DNA from: Raja brachyura
Lineage: Eukaryota
Length of the DNA: 64,000 nt
NCBI GenBank assembly: GCA_963514005.1
Contig: OY740797.1
Coordinates: 43,524,001 to 43,588,000, forward strand
Direction: 5' to 3'
Of the stretch, positions 63,370-64,000 are shown piece by piece; the stretch's first letter is position 1, and each line of letters opens with the position of its first letter. The notes below the pieces were generated by a model. It searched no databases. It saw nothing but the letters and a program-made list of their open reading frames with translations, and was not told where the DNA came from. The position numbers were made by a program, and so were the translations under genes.

Positions 63370-64000
63370 ACTGCGAAGATTCTGCCCTAGTTTGACTTTG
63401 CAAAATGCATCACCTGACTTATCTGAATTAAATTCCATTTGCCACTCTTCAGCCAACTTGCTCAGCTGATGAAGATCTCGCTGCAATTCATGATAACCAT
63501 CTTCACTGTCTATGATACTATCTATTTTAATATCTTCTACAAACGTACTAATCATGTCTTGTGCACTCATCTAAATCATTGATGTGGATGATAAACAGCA
63601 ATAGTCCCAGCATTGATCCCTGAGGCAGACCATTAGTCACAAGCCTCCAGTCCAAAGGACAACTTTCCACTATCGCCCCTGCTTCCTACCATGAAGGCAA
63701 TCGTGCATCCAGTTAGCTATCTCTCCTTGGCTCCCATGCAATCTAACCTGCAAGAGCAGCCTACCATGCAGAACATTTTCAAAGAGTTTGTTAAAGTCCA
63801 TATGGACAATGTGTATGGTATTGTCCTCATCAAACTTCTTGGACACGTCTAAAAAAACCTCAAAATAAATTCATGACATGATTTCCGTTGTACAAAACCC
63901 TGCTGACTATGCCTAAACAGCCAGTCTATCGAAAAGATGTTTTATCTTATCCCTCAGAATCCTCTCCAGTAACTTTTCTACCATAGATGTTATGCTCACT
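63370..64000 (-). mobile_element. CR1 LINE RT fragment running off the window end
   Basis: Degenerate RT translation (MISTFVEDIKI...LQRDLHQLSKLAEEWQMEFNSDK); GLPQGSMLG-like motif near 63620. Confidence 0.8.

Noticed and set aside
12088-64000. Next ZFHX3 coding exon (HLQQHE...CYYHCVLCNYSTKAK)
   Set aside because: Not found by eye or in the ORF track; probably beyond the window, although a short exon could have been missed.

Overview
Vertebrate genomic DNA, most likely from a cartilaginous fish (skate or ray), judged from the repeat content: HE1/V-SINEs, CR1/HER1-type LINEs, Rex1-like and Penelope-like elements. The window lies inside the ZFHX3 (ATBF1) gene on the + strand. Only one coding exon is visible (11591-12087, 497 nt, three C2H2-type zinc fingers); the rest is intron carrying transposon relics and repeat-free blocks that may be enhancers. 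Best candidate for an undescribed system: a 136-139 nt SINE-like retroelement present twice (16969-17104 and 44198-44336, both on the - strand). Its first 54 nt fold as a complete, minimal HDV/CPEB3-type self-cleaving ribozyme. Its 5' end is exactly the predicted cleavage site, and it has a structured 3' half, a (GAA)n tail and 11-12 bp target-site duplications. About 20 Penelope-like element ends carry minimal hammerhead ribozyme cores, and several inserted as TSD-flanked palindromes, one of them inside a MITE. All calls were made by eye with no database search; repeat boundaries are approximate unless a TSD or TIR is given.
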